Assembly (NCBI GenBank): GCA_965213975.1
Contig: OZ243930.1
Span: 2,230,390 to 2,294,389 of the forward strand
Source: Candidatus Spongiisociaceae bacterium
Lineage (GTDB): Bacteria; Actinomycetota; Acidimicrobiia; Spongiisociales; Spongiisociaceae
Direction: 5' to 3'
Length of the DNA stretch: 64,000 bases
The translations under genes were made by a program, and so were the position numbers. This document shows positions 1 to 10,859 of the stretch, one piece after another (positions within the stretch are counted from its first letter, which is position 1; every line of letters begins with the position of its first letter). The notes beneath the pieces are model-generated. The model did not search any database and was not told the DNA's origin. It saw nothing but the letters and a program-made list of their open reading frames with translations.

Positions 1-571
1 CCGGACAGGGATTGGTGAAGGAGAACACGCCCTGGTTCGAGGCGACCGTACCCCCACCGCCGCATCTGGCGCACACGTCTACCCTCGAGCCCGGTTCGGC
101 ACCACTTCCAGAACACTTCGAACAGCGGGCGGAACCGGAAACGCTTACCGGAACGGTAGCCCCGAAGATTGACTGATCGAAGCTCAGGTCAACCGCCGCC
201 GCGGTATCCTCGCCACGTTGCGGACCCCGGCCTCCTCTGCCGAAGTTGAAGAGACTGCCAATGCCGCCAGCCCCACCAAAGAGATCCTCAATACGGACAT
301 GGCCTCCTCCTCTGCCGAAGCCGGTGCCGAACCCCGAGGTGCCGAGGCGACGGACCTGGTCGTACTCCTGTCGCCGTTGGGGATCGGAGAGCACCGAATA
401 GGCTTCGGATACCTCCTTGAAACGGTCGGCCGCGTCCGGAGAATCCGGATTGGCGTCCGGGTGCAGTTCCTGGGCTAGCCGCCGATACGACTTCTTGATC
501 GTGGCCTGATCGGCGTCTTCGGATACCTTGAGCAGCCGGTAGAAGTCCTTCTCCAGCCAATCACGATTCAC
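1..571 (-). CDS. dnaJ: Chaperone DnaJ, partial (C-terminal part lies outside the window). GTG start at 571 overlaps the grpE 3' end by 11 bp.
   Basis: Reverse-strand translation reads [43 protein letters not shown]..., i.e. a J-domain with the HPD motif. This is followed by a G/F-rich linker and a CxxCxGxG zinc finger (CSKCSGSGAEPG...CARCGGGG). It was not listed in the ORF track because no stop codon lies in the window. Confidence 0.9.
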   Translation of the reverse strand, partial: MNRDWLEKDFYRLLKVSEDADQATIKKSYRRLAQELHPDANPDSPDAADRFKEVSEAYSVLSDPQRRQEYDQVRRLGTSGFGTGFGRGGGHVRIEDLFGGAGGIGSLFNFGRGGRGPQRGEDTAAAVDLSFDQSIFGATVPVSVSGSARCSKCSGSGAEPGSRVDVCARCGGGGTVASNQGVFSFTNPCP

Positions 572-1175
572 CTGAACCGTCCTCGCATCCCACTTGGGTC
601 GGAGCTTCCTCGTCGTCATGCCCTACCACTACCAGGGAGGGTCGTATTACCCGTCCGCGCAGCAGGTAACCGCGCCGGAACTCCGACTTCACGGTCAAGG
701 CCCCGCTCCCGTCCAGCATCTGTACCGCCTCATGAAGGTTTGGGTCGAAAGCCGACCCGAGCGCCTCGATGGGTTCAAGGCCCTCCTGCGCCAAAGTCGA
801 CCGGAGCTGGTCTCTCGTGCCAGAAATCCCCTCCCTCAGTTGGTCGATCGACGATCCCTCCTCGATGGCGAGGGCCGCATCTAGGCTGTCGAGGACCGGA
901 AGCAGCCGGTTTATCACCCGCTCCGCGGCCCGGACCAAGGAGTCCTCCTGTTGCCGCCGGGCGCGTTTCCGGTAGTTTTCCATCTCGGCGAGGGAACGCT
1001 TCCAGCGATCGTCGGCCGCTTGGGCGGCAGCCTGGGCCAACTCAAGCTCGTGCCTGGCGGCCGCAAGCTCTTCGACCGAAGGGGGGACGGCCTCTCCAGA
1101 ATCGTCAGACGGCTCTGGTGGGTGCTCGGCGATGTCCTCGATCGTGGGCTCGGCGGGCGGGGCGGCGTCGGTCAA
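561..1175 (-). CDS. grpE: Nucleotide exchange factor GrpE
   Basis: 204 aa with GrpE signature regions ([13 protein letters not shown]...; C-terminal beta-domain ending ...[17 protein letters not shown]). It sits between dnaK and dnaJ, and its start overlaps the dnaK stop by 4 bp (ATGA). Confidence 0.93.
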   Translation of the reverse strand: MTDAAPPAEPTIEDIAEHPPEPSDDSGEAVPPSVEELAAARHELELAQAAAQAADDRWKRSLAEMENYRKRARRQQEDSLVRAAERVINRLLPVLDSLDAALAIEEGSSIDQLREGISGTRDQLRSTLAQEGLEPIEALGSAFDPNLHEAVQMLDGSGALTVKSEFRRGYLLRGRVIRPSLVVVGHDDEEAPTQVGCEDGSGES

Positions 1176-2986
1176 CCCTCCTCCCCTTCGTCAACGATCT
1201 CCGCCTCGACGATATCGTCATCGTCGTCGGCTGCCTGCTCCTCTTCGGTGGCGGGGGCGTAGATCTTCTCAGCTACGGCCGCCGAAGCCTTGAACAGATC
1301 CTCGATCTTGGTGTCGATTTCCTCCACGGTGGGGCTCTCTTGCTCGGTAAGGGCACGTAGGGCCGACGCGGCATCCGTGATGGCCGACCGTTCGCCTTCG
1401 TCAAGCTTGTCGCCGTGCTCTTCCAGCAACTTGTCGGTTTGGTTAAGCACCTGGTCGGCCCGGTTCAGGGCGTCGGCCAGCTCCCGCCGCCTTCGATCGT
1501 CGTCCGCATAGCGTTCGGCGTCGGTCACCATCCGGTCAATCTCGTCCTTGGACAGTGCGGTGCCGCCGGTAATGGTCATCGCCTGTTGGTGTCCGGTCCC
1601 CAAGTCTTTGGCGTTGACCGAGACGATCCCATTGGCATCGATATCGAAGCTGACTTCGATCTGAGGCATCCCCATAGGAGCAGGCGGGATGCCGGTAAGG
1701 CGGAACTTCCCGAGGCTCTTGTTGTCAGGAGCCATGGGACGTTCGCCTTGGAGCACATGGATCTCGACCTCGGGTTGGTTGTGATCCGCGGTGGTAAAGA
1801 TCTCGGTCCGCTTGGTGGGAATGGTGGTGTTGCGCTCGATCATTGTGGTCATCACCCTGCCCTTGGTCTCGATCCCCAAGGTGAGCGGGGTGACGTCCAA
1901 CAGCAGGATGTCCTTAACATCACCGGTCAGAACGCCGGCCTGCAGGGCGGCACCTGCGGCGACTACCTCGTCCGGGTTGACCCCGCGATGTGGTGCCTTG
2001 CCAGCCAAACGCCGGACGAGTTCCTGGATGGCTGGCATGCGGGTGGACCCTCCGACCAGCACTACATGGTCGATTTGGCCAGCCGACAGCCCGGCATCGG
2101 ATATGGCCCGCTTGAAGGGACCTTCCGTGCGCCTGACCAGATCGTCGGTAATCTTCTCGAACTCGGCACGGGTGAGCTTGGCCTGAAGGTGAAGCGGACC
2201 GTCGGAGGTGGCGGTGATGAACGGAAGGTTTACCTCAGTGTCTGTCACAGTGGAAAGCTCGATCTTGGCTTTCTCGGCGGCCTCCTGCAATCGCTGCAAG
2301 GCCATCTTGTCGGCAGCTAGGTCTACCCCGTAGTCGTTCTTGAATCCCTTTACCAACCAATCGATGACGGCGCTGTCCCAATCGTCGCCACCCAGTCGGG
2401 TGTCTCCGCTGGTTGACTTCACCTCGAACACCCCGTCCCCAATCTCGAGGACCGACACATCGAAGGTGCCGCCTCCGAGGTCAAACACCAGGATGGTCTG
2501 GTCGGCTTCCTCCTTGTCCAAACCGTATGCGAGAGCAGCAGCAGTGGGCTCGTTGATGATTCTCAGCACCTCAAGGCCCGCGATCTGGCCAGCCTCTTTG
2601 GTTGCCTGCCGCTGTGCGTCATTGAAATAGGCGGGTACGGTAATCACAGCCGAGGAGATCTCTTCCCCGAGGAACGCCTCGGCGTCCCGCTTGAGCTTCA
2701 TCAGGATCCGAGCCGAAACCTCCTGAGCGGTGTACGACTTCTCGCCGACATTGATCGACCAGTCCGTGCCCATGTGTCGCTTTACCGAGCGGACGGTAAG
2801 GCCCGGGTTGGTTATGGCCTGACGTTTTGCCAACTCACCCACCAGAATCTTGTCATCCTTAAACCCCACCACCGACGGGGTGGTACGACCTCCCTCGGTG
2901 TTGGTTACAACGGTGGGCTCGCTGCCCTCGAGGGTGGCAATGACGCTGTTGGTGGTCCCGAGGTCGATTCCCACGGCCTTGGACAT
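1172..2986 (-). CDS. dnaK: Molecular chaperone DnaK (Hsp70)
   Basis: 604 aa with Hsp70 signatures: [28 protein letters not shown], and an acidic C-terminal tail. A GAAGGAGA ribosome-binding site lies upstream. Confidence 0.98.
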   Translation of the reverse strand: MSKAVGIDLGTTNSVIATLEGSEPTVVTNTEGGRTTPSVVGFKDDKILVGELAKRQAITNPGLTVRSVKRHMGTDWSINVGEKSYTAQEVSARILMKLKRDAEAFLGEEISSAVITVPAYFNDAQRQATKEAGQIAGLEVLRIINEPTAAALAYGLDKEEADQTILVFDLGGGTFDVSVLEIGDGVFEVKSTSGDTRLGGDDWDSAVIDWLVKGFKNDYGVDLAADKMALQRLQEAAEKAKIELSTVTDTEVNLPFITATSDGPLHLQAKLTRAEFEKITDDLVRRTEGPFKRAISDAGLSAGQIDHVVLVGGSTRMPAIQELVRRLAGKAPHRGVNPDEVVAAGAALQAGVLTGDVKDILLLDVTPLTLGIETKGRVMTTMIERNTTIPTKRTEIFTTADHNQPEVEIHVLQGERPMAPDNKSLGKFRLTGIPPAPMGMPQIEVSFDIDANGIVSVNAKDLGTGHQQAMTITGGTALSKDEIDRMVTDAERYADDDRRRRELADALNRADQVLNQTDKLLEEHGDKLDEGERSAITDAASALRALTEQESPTVEEIDTKIEDLFKASAAVAEKIYAPATEEEQAADDDDDIVEAEIVDEGEEG

Positions 2987-3287
2987 GCGGTTCTCCTTCT
3001 GCTTGCTGGGACGTTCAGTATGTTCAGTGTACGTATCAGGTATAACCTGAGTGACACCGTATCATATTCCCGAAAACTGGCTCATCGGTTGTCAGTCTCA
3101 GTGCCAGCGATGGTCGTTCGCTACCGATAGAGCTGGCTTAGGGTTTTCCGACACGACCCATTTGCCACGGGCCACCGTCCCCAACTGCCTCTCATTTCCG
3201 GAAGAGGTAATTGACGGGGCAACCTGCTCGTAAAGGGACTTGATCGGGAAGAAAGGCCCGGACCCCTGTCGCGGGGTTGAGTGCTGC

Positions 3288-3767
3288 CTAGATTTCCCGA
3301 AGGCGTTTGCTGCTGATGACGCCCCTGTCGAACCCGGCCAGGTTCAACAGCCCGGCGAAGCGGGCGTGTTCGATCTTGAGGCATCGGTCCTGTACAACCT
3401 GCAGTCCGGCATCGGACGCCTTCTGAGCGGCCTCATCGTGGCGCAGGCCCAACTGGAACCAAACCACCTTGGCCCCGACGGCGATCGCTTCTTCAACCAC
3501 CTCGGGGATCGCCTCAGGTCGACGGAAGATATCCACGATGTCGGGAACCTCAGGGAGGTCGGCCAAGCTGGGGTAGCACTTCAGGCCCAAGACCTTCTGA
3601 TAGGCGGGGTTTACCGGATACACCCTGAGGCGGGTACGAACCAGGTACGTGGCCACGAAGTTGGAGGCACGTAGTTCGTTGCCGGACACCCCTACCAAAG
3701 CCACTGATCGCGCATCTCGAATTATGCGAAGACGGGTTCGGGCATCAGCTTCAACAACCGTAGGCAT
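3288..3767 (-). CDS. CoA-binding domain protein (YccU/YneT-like), the last gene of the metX-metY operon
   Basis: 159 aa with a Rossmann-like CoA-binding fold pattern (SVALVGVSGNELRASNFVATYL...GAKVVWFQLG). It begins 4 bp after the metY stop. Confidence 0.7.
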   Translation of the reverse strand: MPTVVEADARTRLRIIRDARSVALVGVSGNELRASNFVATYLVRTRLRVYPVNPAYQKVLGLKCYPSLADLPEVPDIVDIFRRPEAIPEVVEEAIAVGAKVVWFQLGLRHDEAAQKASDAGLQVVQDRCLKIEHARFAGLLNLAGFDRGVISSKRLREI

Positions 3768-3770
3768 GGT

Positions 3771-5045
3771 TTATCCTCCCAGAGCCTGGTCCAGATCCCA
3801 GATAATATCCTCGAGGTTCTCGAGACCTATCGAGATCCGAATTGTGTCATCACCCACTCCGGCGGCTTCTCGTTCCTCCCGGGGAAGTTGCTGGTGGGTT
3901 GTGCTAGCGGGATGAATGACCAGGGTCTTGGCGTCACCGACGTTCGCCAAGTGACTGGCCAACTCCACCCGCTCGATGAAGGAGGCACCGGCCTCGTAAC
4001 CCCCCGCCACCCCGAAGGTGAAGATAGCCCCCGAACCCGTCGGCATGTACTTGGCGGCTAGGGCATGGGACGGATGGGAGGGTAACCCTGCGTACGATAC
4101 CCACGACACTCTTGGATCCGCATCCAGGAACTCGGCTACCGCCTGAGCGTTGGCAACATGACGTTCCATCCGTAGGGAGAGGGTTTCGAGTCCGAGCATG
4201 AGCAGGAAGGAGTTGAAAGGCGACAGGACCGCTCCCACATCCCGCATGAGCTCAACCCGAGCCTTCATCAGGAAGGCGTACTCGCGGAAGTTATCCCAGA
4301 AATTGAGGTTGTGATACGCGGGGGACGGCTCGGTGATGCCAGGAAACCGTCCGTTGTCCCACGGGAAGGTTCCGCTTTCCACGATTGCCCCGGCTATCGC
4401 CACGCCGTGGCCTCCGATGAATTTGGTGGCGGAGTGCACCACCACATCCGCTCCGTGCTCTATGGGACGGCATAGGGCCGGGCTGGCGAAGGTGTTATCC
4501 ACCATCAGAGGCAACCCGTAGGATCGGGCTAGCTCAGCCATAGGTTCCAGGTCCAGCACGTCACCAGCCGGATTACCGACGGTCTCGCCGTATACCAGAC
4601 GGGTACGGTCGGAAATCGCCTCCTCGATAGCAGACAAGTCGTTGGTGTCCACAAAGGTCGTCTCGATCCCCATACGCCGCAGGGTTACGTCGAACTGGGT
4701 GAAGGTCCCCCCGTATAGGGAGCGGTTGGCGATGACGTGATCGCCAGCCTCGCAGACGGTGAGTACCGCCAGCATCTGGGCAGCCATGCCGGAGGCGGTC
4801 GAGAGCGCGCCCAGTCCGCCCTCCAAGGACGCAATCCGTTCCTCAAAGCCAGCGTTGGTGGGGTTGCCGATCCTGGTGTAGATGTTCCCGAAACTCTGTA
4901 GGGCGAAAAGGTCGGCGGCTTGTTGGGTGTCTTCGAATACGAAGGATGTGGTCTGGTAGATAGGCAAGGCGCGGGCACCGGTCTCGGGATCCGGCGGCTG
5001 ACCAGCGTGTATGGACCGCGTGTCGAAGCCGTATTCGTGCGCCAT
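3771..5045 (-). CDS. metY: O-acetylhomoserine sulfhydrylase (PLP-dependent Cys/Met-metabolism family)
   Basis: 424 aa. It carries the PLP-lysine region [11 protein letters not shown] and N-terminal FDTRSIHAG, typical of MetY/OAH sulfhydrylases. It lies immediately downstream of metX. Confidence 0.9.
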   Translation of the reverse strand: MAHEYGFDTRSIHAGQPPDPETGARALPIYQTTSFVFEDTQQAADLFALQSFGNIYTRIGNPTNAGFEERIASLEGGLGALSTASGMAAQMLAVLTVCEAGDHVIANRSLYGGTFTQFDVTLRRMGIETTFVDTNDLSAIEEAISDRTRLVYGETVGNPAGDVLDLEPMAELARSYGLPLMVDNTFASPALCRPIEHGADVVVHSATKFIGGHGVAIAGAIVESGTFPWDNGRFPGITEPSPAYHNLNFWDNFREYAFLMKARVELMRDVGAVLSPFNSFLLMLGLETLSLRMERHVANAQAVAEFLDADPRVSWVSYAGLPSHPSHALAAKYMPTGSGAIFTFGVAGGYEAGASFIERVELASHLANVGDAKTLVIHPASTTHQQLPREEREAAGVGDDTIRISIGLENLEDIIWDLDQALGG

Positions 5046-5070
5046 CGAACCCTCCTAGAGGTAAGAAGAA

Positions 5071-6228
5071 CTACGGAAGAATCCAGTCGGATTCCAAATG
5101 GTAACGGAGATGCGGCTCAAAGAGGTGTGGTTCAAGTAGGAAGGCGTCATGGCCCTTCTCCGAGTGGACGGTTATCCAGTTGAAGTCGAGACCGGCCGCC
5201 TTTAGCTCCTCGGCCAGCTCCTTTTGCTCCACCGGGTAGTAGCACACGTCAGAATCGATCGAGAAGACCAGGTACTGGTGGCCTCCGGCTGCCAGCATGT
5301 CGCGTAGCGACCGCCCTTGCCGGGCGGCTTCGGCATAAAGGTCGAAATCTTGCCAGGCCCACATGGTTCTCAAGTAGGCGTTGGCATCAAAGCGCTGCAC
5401 GAACTTCTCGCCCTGATGCCACATGTAACTCTCGATGGGGAGGCGTACACGACTGTTCCCAGCAACCACCTCTCCTCTTGCCCGCTGCTCCATTTGCTCG
5501 AGCGAAACGAAGGTCTTGTGGCCGATCATTCGCGCGAGGGCTAGCCCGGCCTCCGGTCGCGGACCGTCGTAGTAGTTGCCTCCGTTGAAGTTGGGATCGT
5601 TACAGATGGCATTGATCTGCTCGAAGTCGTGAATTACTTGCAAGGTAGTGGCCCTGAGCCCAGCTGCGATCGGGACCACGAAACGCACTCGATCGGGGAA
5701 GCGAACGGCCACGTCGAGACACATCATTCCCCCGACGCTCCCGCCGACCACCGCGTGGAGGCGGTCAACGCCGAGATGGTCGAGCAGGCGGAAATGGGCG
5801 CGTACGGTGTCACCGACCGAGACGCGCGGAAAATCGGGACCGTATGGCTCACCGGTGGCCGGGTTGATACTTGACGGACCGGTGGAACCGTAGCAATGAC
5901 CCAACCAATTTACGCATATCACGGCGAACTTGTCGGTGTTGAGCGAGCGGTGCGAACCGATGAAGCTGTCCCACCAGCCCAGATGACACTCGTCGGTCCA
6001 GCGGTCGTCGGCCCCCTGGTTGTTCCGATTGATCCCCGCGGCGTGATGGTTACCGGTTAACGCGTGGAAGAGGAGGATGGCATTGTCGGCGTCCGGGTTC
6101 AACTCGCCGTAGATCTCATAGGCGAGGGTCACCTGCGATAGGGTCTCGCCGCTGTCGCACACGAAAGGGTCGGCTTCGCTTCCGAAGGTAAAGAAGCGAG
6201 TCTCGACAGTTCCTATGTCAGCGCCCAT
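5071..6228 (-). CDS. metX: Homoserine O-acetyltransferase (alpha/beta-hydrolase fold)
   Basis: 385 aa with the GGSVGGM nucleophile elbow and MetX-type N-terminus (ILLFHALTGNHH). It is adjacent to metY. Confidence 0.9.
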   Translation of the reverse strand: MGADIGTVETRFFTFGSEADPFVCDSGETLSQVTLAYEIYGELNPDADNAILLFHALTGNHHAAGINRNNQGADDRWTDECHLGWWDSFIGSHRSLNTDKFAVICVNWLGHCYGSTGPSSINPATGEPYGPDFPRVSVGDTVRAHFRLLDHLGVDRLHAVVGGSVGGMMCLDVAVRFPDRVRFVVPIAAGLRATTLQVIHDFEQINAICNDPNFNGGNYYDGPRPEAGLALARMIGHKTFVSLEQMEQRARGEVVAGNSRVRLPIESYMWHQGEKFVQRFDANAYLRTMWAWQDFDLYAEAARQGRSLRDMLAAGGHQYLVFSIDSDVCYYPVEQKELAEELKAAGLDFNWITVHSEKGHDAFLLEPHLFEPHLRYHLESDWILP

Positions 6229-6432
6229 GGGTTCACATCCGAGTCATGAGGGATCGTTCCTTACGATATCAACCTCGTTTCCAGTTTGGGACTTGGATGT
6301 TTCGGAGGTGTTCCTCCCGCTCTGTTCCGGTGCTGCGGCTGGTTGAGGCTCGGGTTCGTAGATCGTTCGCCCCGCTGGGTGCTGGTGAAGTGGTGGAAAC
6401 CGGAGGCCGTTGAGGGTTCGGCGGACCTTTGG

Positions 6433-7053
6433 CTAGAGGCGGCGACGATCGGCGAGGGCTCGCCCCAGGGTTATCTCATCGGCGTAATCCATGTCACCAC
6501 CCACCGGTAAGCCACTGGCCGGTCGGGTCATCACCAGACCGAGCGGTTTGAGCCGTCGGGCCAGGTACATAGCAGTGGTGTCACCTTCAATGGTCGGGTT
6601 GGTGGCGACCAGAACCTCGATTTCTCCCTCCCCGGTGGTACCCGCCTGCTCCTGCATCTCACCTATTCGCCGCTCGAGCTCACCGATCCGGAGCTGAGTG
6701 GGGCCGATCCCGTCGATTGGCGATAGGGCACCGCCCAGCACGTGATAGCGACCTCTGAACTCTCGCGTTCGCTCGATCACGGCGATGTCCTGGGCTCGTT
6801 CTACCACGCATATGTAGTGAGGGTCGCGGCGCGGATCGAGGCATATGGAGCATTCGGATCCTCCGGTGACGTTGAAGCAATGCACGCAGAATGACGTCTG
6901 CTCACGAAGCAAGATGATCGCCTCCGCTAGGCGCCGAGCAGCAGATTCATCGGTGTTGAGGAGGTGGAAGGCTAGGCGTTGGGCAGACTTGCGGCCAATG
7001 CCGGGCAACTTGGACAGCTCGTCAATCAGTTTCTGGACGGGGCGTTCGAACAT
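6433..7053 (-). CDS. recR: Recombination protein RecR. Start assigned to the internal Met (MFERPVQ...); the listed ORF extends upstream to 7131.
   Basis: Helix-hairpin-helix motif (KLPGIGRKSAQRLAFHLL), C4 zinc finger (CVHCFNVTGGSECSIC) and Toprim domain. The N-terminus matches the mycobacterial RecR start MFEGPVQ. Confidence 0.92.
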   Translation of the reverse strand: MFERPVQKLIDELSKLPGIGRKSAQRLAFHLLNTDESAARRLAEAIILLREQTSFCVHCFNVTGGSECSICLDPRRDPHYICVVERAQDIAVIERTREFRGRYHVLGGALSPIDGIGPTQLRIGELERRIGEMQEQAGTTGEGEIEVLVATNPTIEGDTTAMYLARRLKPLGLVMTRPASGLPVGGDMDYADEITLGRALADRRRL

Positions 7054-7154
7054 GCATGAGCAGGGTACTAGGCCGGGGTTCATTCTGGCTCGTTGCCCAC
7101 CGGAGGGTGCTTTGTGCTGGCTGCCGTCCACGCTTACCGTGGTGAGGTCGGCTC

Positions 7155-8813
7155 TTATTCGTGATAGATCTCTCGGGCGTCGAGTTCGGATTCGATCAGG
7201 AAGGTGGCCTGCTGCATGGCGGCGGCGCGGTTCACTTCCGGTTCGGGCTCAACGGGCAGATCTGCAGGAGGAGCGGGTGCGGGGCTGCTTGGGTCGGACC
7301 CATCATCCGATTCAGGGGGCTGGACAGGTTGGGACTCCTCAGGTTTGTCAGCCAGGCAAAAGTCCACGGTCACGGGATACCCGAGGATCTGTTGACAGGT
7401 GTCGGATATCACCTTCCGGGTGGCCTCGTCAGCGGAGATCATCCGATGGTGAAAGGCACCAGGTAACGCGATGGTCAGCACTGAACCCTCCAGGCGGATA
7501 GGGCTGGCATCGAGAAAACAAGCCCTCGCCCGTCCACCCAGCCGCTCGGCCACCGCGTTTCTCAGCTGTGGCCAGATCTTGGCTAGATCCGTGGACGCGG
7601 GTGGCTTCGACAGCCGGGCCGCCGGTTGCTCTTCGGCCGACGGCTCTCGGGCGGGAACGGAAACGGGACGACCCTTCTCGAGTCTCTCGACGCGGCGCAG
7701 CAACGCTTCGGTGCTCTCGTCCAACTCGGGGCGGGCCAGCTTGATCAGAGCCAGCTCCAACATCATCCGTTCGTCCCGGCCTTCTCGAAGTCGCACTAAG
7801 GCTTCCCCTAGTAGATCGATCGCTCGGATCAGGGCGGCGGGGGGCATCTGGTCGGCGGCTCGTTGCCATGAGTCGATTACGTCGGGTGCCTCATCAAGCA
7901 AAGCGGAAACGTCCGAGCCGTATGTGACCAGGAACATGCCCCGCAGGAACGCCAAGATGTCGGCCGTGAAGCGGCGCAGGTCGACACCGTCGGCGGAGAG
8001 TCGACCAATCAGCTCCAAGACCGCGCCCGCGTCCTCGCTGCTTACCGCATCTATGAGATCAACGACGGATTGGGGTCCTGCCAAGCCCAGCGCCTTCCTT
8101 ACCCCTTCGTCGCTAACGGTTCCGTCGCGAGCGGCCACCTGCTCCAGCAGGCTCAAGGCATCTCTTACTGAACCCTCCGCTCGGCGAGCGACCGTCCGGA
8201 GAGCGAGGTCGGCAGACTCAAGGCCTTCGAGCTCACAGATCCGGCGCAGGTGAGGGACGAGGATGTCTACGGGGACCAGTCGGAAGTCGAAGCGTTGGCT
8301 GCGGGATCGGACCGTGTCTACTAATCGATAGGGTTCAGTGGTGGCCAGTACGAACATGACGTGGTCTGGCGGCTCTTCAAGCGTTTTGAGAAGGGCGTTG
8401 GCGGCCGACTTAGTGAGCATGTGGGCCTCGTCAAGGATGAAGACTCGTCGGGCCCCTTCGGCTGAGGCGACGGTCGAGACCCCGGCCTTGATCTCCCGGA
8501 TGTCTTCCACCTTGTTGTGAGAGGCGGCATCGAGCTCGATGACGTCCATTGAGGTGGAGGTGGCGACCCCGGAACAGGAGACGCATTGCCCGCAGGGTTC
8601 GTGATTGGCCTCCCGGTCCGGACAGTTGAGAGCCATCGCCAGCAAGCGGGCGGTAGTCGTCTTGCCGGTGCCACGGGGACCGGTGAAGAGATAAGCATGG
8701 GCCATACGGCCTTCGGCTAGCTCCCTGGTCAGGGTCTCCGTAACGTGCTCCTGCCCGATGACCGCGTCGAATCGCTGCGGGCGGTACTTCCGATAAAGGG
8801 CTTGGTACTCCAC
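7155..8813 (-). CDS. dnaX: DNA polymerase III subunit gamma/tau
   Basis: 552 aa. AAA+ Walker A (GPRGTGKTT), a zinc module (CGQCVSCSG), the sensor region, and a C-terminal tau domain. Confidence 0.95.
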   Translation of the reverse strand: MEYQALYRKYRPQRFDAVIGQEHVTETLTRELAEGRMAHAYLFTGPRGTGKTTTARLLAMALNCPDREANHEPCGQCVSCSGVATSTSMDVIELDAASHNKVEDIREIKAGVSTVASAEGARRVFILDEAHMLTKSAANALLKTLEEPPDHVMFVLATTEPYRLVDTVRSRSQRFDFRLVPVDILVPHLRRICELEGLESADLALRTVARRAEGSVRDALSLLEQVAARDGTVSDEGVRKALGLAGPQSVVDLIDAVSSEDAGAVLELIGRLSADGVDLRRFTADILAFLRGMFLVTYGSDVSALLDEAPDVIDSWQRAADQMPPAALIRAIDLLGEALVRLREGRDERMMLELALIKLARPELDESTEALLRRVERLEKGRPVSVPAREPSAEEQPAARLSKPPASTDLAKIWPQLRNAVAERLGGRARACFLDASPIRLEGSVLTIALPGAFHHRMISADEATRKVISDTCQQILGYPVTVDFCLADKPEESQPVQPPESDDGSDPSSPAPAPPADLPVEPEPEVNRAAAMQQATFLIESELDAREIYHE

Positions 8814-8840
8814 TCGCCAAAGGGTAGCTATCGTCTGGTT

Positions 8841-9830
8841 GTGACTTTCTCGTCTCAGCCACTACATCTCGTCAATCGCCAACATCGGGAGGCTGCCGAG
8901 TTTCGTCGGTTAGCGCCCGCCGCCACCAAGGCCGCGGAGTCGGCCGGGAGGGAAGGCCCTGAGCCCCATGATCCGCTCCGCACCGCTTATGAGCGCGATC
9001 GGGATCGGATCGTCCATTCGAACGCCTTTCGGCGTCTGGCTCGCAAGACCCAAGTTTTCGTCGACCCGGTGAATGATCACTTTGTGACCCGTCTAACCCA
9101 CACGCTGCAGGTGGCACAGATCGGTCGGTCGATGGCGGTCGCCTTAGGTCTCAACGAGGCCCTGACCGAGGCGATATGTTTGGGCCACGACATCGGGCAC
9201 CCTCCGTTCGGTCACACCGGTGAGGAGGCGCTCAACGAGATAGTCGACGGAGGCTGGATCCACTCCGACCATTCGGTGCGGGTGCTTTCGGTCGTCGAGC
9301 CGCTCAACCTCACCGCGGAGGTCCAGGACGGGATCCGGTCCCATCCCTGGAAGGTAAGAGAGGGTCCCCTTACTCCGGAGGGAATGCTGTGCCGCTACGC
9401 CGATCGGATCGCCTACCTGACCCACGATCCCATCGACGCGATGCGGGCGGGAATCATCAGCTACCAGGACCTCCCCTTCCGTGCCCAGGCCTTGCTGGGA
9501 GATCAGCACGGACGTTGGGTCACCGCGATGGTGCACGCGGTGGTTAATGGGTCGGTCTCCGCCGGTCAGGTGACGATGGACGCGGATGTAGCCGAAGCCA
9601 TGCACGACCTCCGCGAGTTTATGTTTCGGCGTGTCTACCTCAGGGCGGAGAGCCAAGGGTTGCGGAGGGAGTGCATCAAAGTGGTGCAGGATCTGGTGCG
9701 TTACTTCGAGGCCAACCCGGCTGAGATAGCGAGAACCGATCCCGGATCCATTCTGCTTTCTGCGGTGGACTACGTGGCTGGCATGACCGACCGGTTCGCT
9801 TATCGAGTCCACCGAGAGCGCTGTACGTAG
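8841..9830 (+). CDS. dgt: dGTP triphosphohydrolase-like HD-domain protein. The listed ORF starts at 8745 but overlaps dnaX, so a GTG at 8841 is proposed as the start.
   Basis: RDRDRIVHSNAFRRLARKTQVF, an HD motif (LTHTLQVAQIGR...GHDIGHPPFGH), and the dNTPase C-terminal helical region. Confidence 0.85.
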   Translation: MTFSSQPLHLVNRQHREAAEFRRLAPAATKAAESAGREGPEPHDPLRTAYERDRDRIVHSNAFRRLARKTQVFVDPVNDHFVTRLTHTLQVAQIGRSMAVALGLNEALTEAICLGHDIGHPPFGHTGEEALNEIVDGGWIHSDHSVRVLSVVEPLNLTAEVQDGIRSHPWKVREGPLTPEGMLCRYADRIAYLTHDPIDAMRAGIISYQDLPFRAQALLGDQHGRWVTAMVHAVVNGSVSAGQVTMDADVAEAMHDLREFMFRRVYLRAESQGLRRECIKVVQDLVRYFEANPAEIARTDPGSILLSAVDYVAGMTDRFAYRVHRERCT

Positions 9831-10859
9831 GTGGACACCCTGCAGCCTGTCATCCTCGCCGGAGGTGCCGGTACCCGGCTGTGGCCTCTTTCCCTCCCGG
9901 AGCGCCCCAAGCCATTCGCGCGGATCCTTGGGGAGCGCACGATGTTCCAAGAGACCGTATTACGGTCCAACCGGCTGGCTGGCACTAGACCTCCGATTGT
10001 GGTTTGCGCGGTCGACCATTACCCGGAGGTGTCGGCCCAACTGGCCGCCACCTCGACGCCGGGCCGGATCGTGTTGGAGCCGATCGGGCGCAACACTGCC
10101 CCTGCCCTCGCCACCGCGGCCCTGTTATCACAACCTAATGACCTTCTGCTGGCCCTCCCCGCTGACCATGCGATCAAGGATCAGGCCGCTTTCGCCCAGG
10201 CAGTGGGACGGGCGCGAGCCGCGGCTCGTGATGGTCGGTTGACTACGTTTGGGATCGTCCCCGACCGTCCCGAGACCGGGTATGGCTACATCGAACGGGG
10301 GGATCCGCTTCCCGGGCTGGACGGCGTGGCCAGCATCGCCTCGTTCAGGGAGAAACCCGACTATCACACGGCCGTTCGCTTTCTGGAATCAGGCCGCTAC
10401 TCCTGGAACTCCGGGATGTTTCTAGTAAGGGCCGATGTGTACCTGAAGGAGCTCCGGGCTGCCGATTCGGAGATGGCACGCTGTGTCAGCACCGCGCTGG
10501 GGTCGATCAAGGATCAAAACCCTGTAAGCCTCGACGAGTCGGCCTTCCGGGCCTGTCCACCGGGTTCGATAGATCGAACCGTGATGGAGCGTACCAAGCA
10601 AGGAGCGGTGGTCCCGCTGAAAGCTGGCTGGTCGGATCTTGGATCATGGGCGGCCTTATGGGAGCGGGCCGAACGCGACCGGCAGGACAACGTGGTGGTG
10701 GGCAACGTCGCTACTCGGGATGTCACCAATAGCTACATCAATGCTGGCACCCGGCCGGTGTTGGTTCTCGGCCTCGACCGGGTGGTCGTGGTGGACTCGG
10801 AGGAGGGGCTACTGGTTGCGGCTATCGACCGCGCCCAAGAAATCAAACCTCCGGAGTGA
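9831..10859 (+). CDS. manC: Mannose-1-phosphate guanylyltransferase (nucleotidyl transferase, ManC/RfbM-like). GTG start immediately after the dgt stop.
   Basis: [16 protein letters not shown] nucleotide-binding signature and GYGYIE motif (~340 aa). Its 3' end overlaps the rpoC 3' end by 17 bp in convergent orientation. Confidence 0.85.
   Translation: MDTLQPVILAGGAGTRLWPLSLPERPKPFARILGERTMFQETVLRSNRLAGTRPPIVVCAVDHYPEVSAQLAATSTPGRIVLEPIGRNTAPALATAALLSQPNDLLLALPADHAIKDQAAFAQAVGRARAAARDGRLTTFGIVPDRPETGYGYIERGDPLPGLDGVASIASFREKPDYHTAVRFLESGRYSWNSGMFLVRADVYLKELRAADSEMARCVSTALGSIKDQNPVSLDESAFRACPPGSIDRTVMERTKQGAVVPLKAGWSDLGSWAALWERAERDRQDNVVVGNVATRDVTNSYINAGTRPVLVLGLDRVVVVDSEEGLLVAAIDRAQEIKPPE

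Noticed and set aside
8814-8840. Expected SRP RNA (ffs) upstream of dnaX
   Set aside because: No space: the dGTPase gene starts about 28 bp from the dnaX start, and no SRP domain IV motif is visible.
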